A stretch of 64,000 nucleotides of DNA from Octopus sinensis. Taxonomy: Eukaryota. Made by a program: the position numbers and the translations under genes. Shown here in pieces: positions 63,378-64,000 of the stretch. How positions within the stretch are numbered: position 1 is the stretch's first letter; every line of letters starts with the position of its first letter. Below the pieces are notes generated by a model, which did not search any database, had not been told where the DNA came from, and saw nothing but the letters and a program-made list of their open reading frames with translations. The stretch spans positions 10,850,001-10,914,000 of the forward strand of contig NC_043003.1 of assembly GCF_006345805.1 (NCBI RefSeq), written 5' to 3'.

Positions 63378-64000
63378 GTGCATGTGTGTGTAGTATATAT
63401 ATATATATATTATATATATATATATTATATATATATATATATATATAAGCATACATGGATATATATATATACATATAAAAATGTATTTATGAAAAGAATT
63501 GAAATTTGCATAAGAGAGGGATTTGAATGGCTATTGTTTTCTGCAGGTTATTCAAAGACTATTTGTATATTATTCATTTATTAAAAAATTTGGTTCATTT
63601 TAATTATTATATGTTTGTTTGTGTGCATGGGTTCGTGTTAATGAATGTATGCGCGTGTATATGTGTATTTATATATGCATGTATATGTACAAGGGTGTTT
63701 GTATGTGTATATACTTATATGTATGCAAATGTCTGTATTTGTTGTGTGTGCTTGTGTGTATGTATGTATGTATGTATGCAGGTACAGATATTTGTATGTA
63801 TGTCTGTGTATGTTCATATTGTATGTATGTATGTGTATGTTCATATTGTATGTATGTGTGAGTATAGGTATGTGTATGTACATATGTATATGGGTATAGA
63901 TGTGTATGTGTGTGTATGTACATATAACATTCTTCTGTGTCTGTGTGTGTTTGTGTGTATGCAGGTACAGATATTTGTATGTTTGTATGTGTATGTACAT

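Overview
AT-rich, repeat-dense eukaryotic DNA. The SINE/RTE families and microsatellite load look cephalopod, probably Octopus (inference). One protein-coding gene is well supported: TMEM41B/Stasimon (VTT/DedA-domain ER scramblase), + strand, 7 coding exons (18161-18224, 36532-36778, 39159-39287, 41081-41174, 42364-42468, 45565-45703, 59852-60021; 948 nt, 315 aa). All junctions are in frame. Intron 3 (39288-41080) has U12 minor-spliceosome signals. The rest is three SINE-type families, RTE LINE relics, solo LTRs, hAT- and Mutator-type MITEs with target-site duplications (TSDs), Helitron-like repeats, local duplications, long palindromes and large microsatellite fields. The most unusual structure is a head-to-head 'twin' tRNA-headed SINE whose arms each carry a Penelope-type minimal hammerhead ribozyme motif; two further hammerhead-like variants occur in unrelated repeats. 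A possible RFX X-box promoter and non-coding first exon of a minus-strand gene lies near 4.8-4.9 kb. Apart from pieces overlapping TMEM41B exons or LINE/transposase relics, the ORF track is microsatellite or repeat noise.
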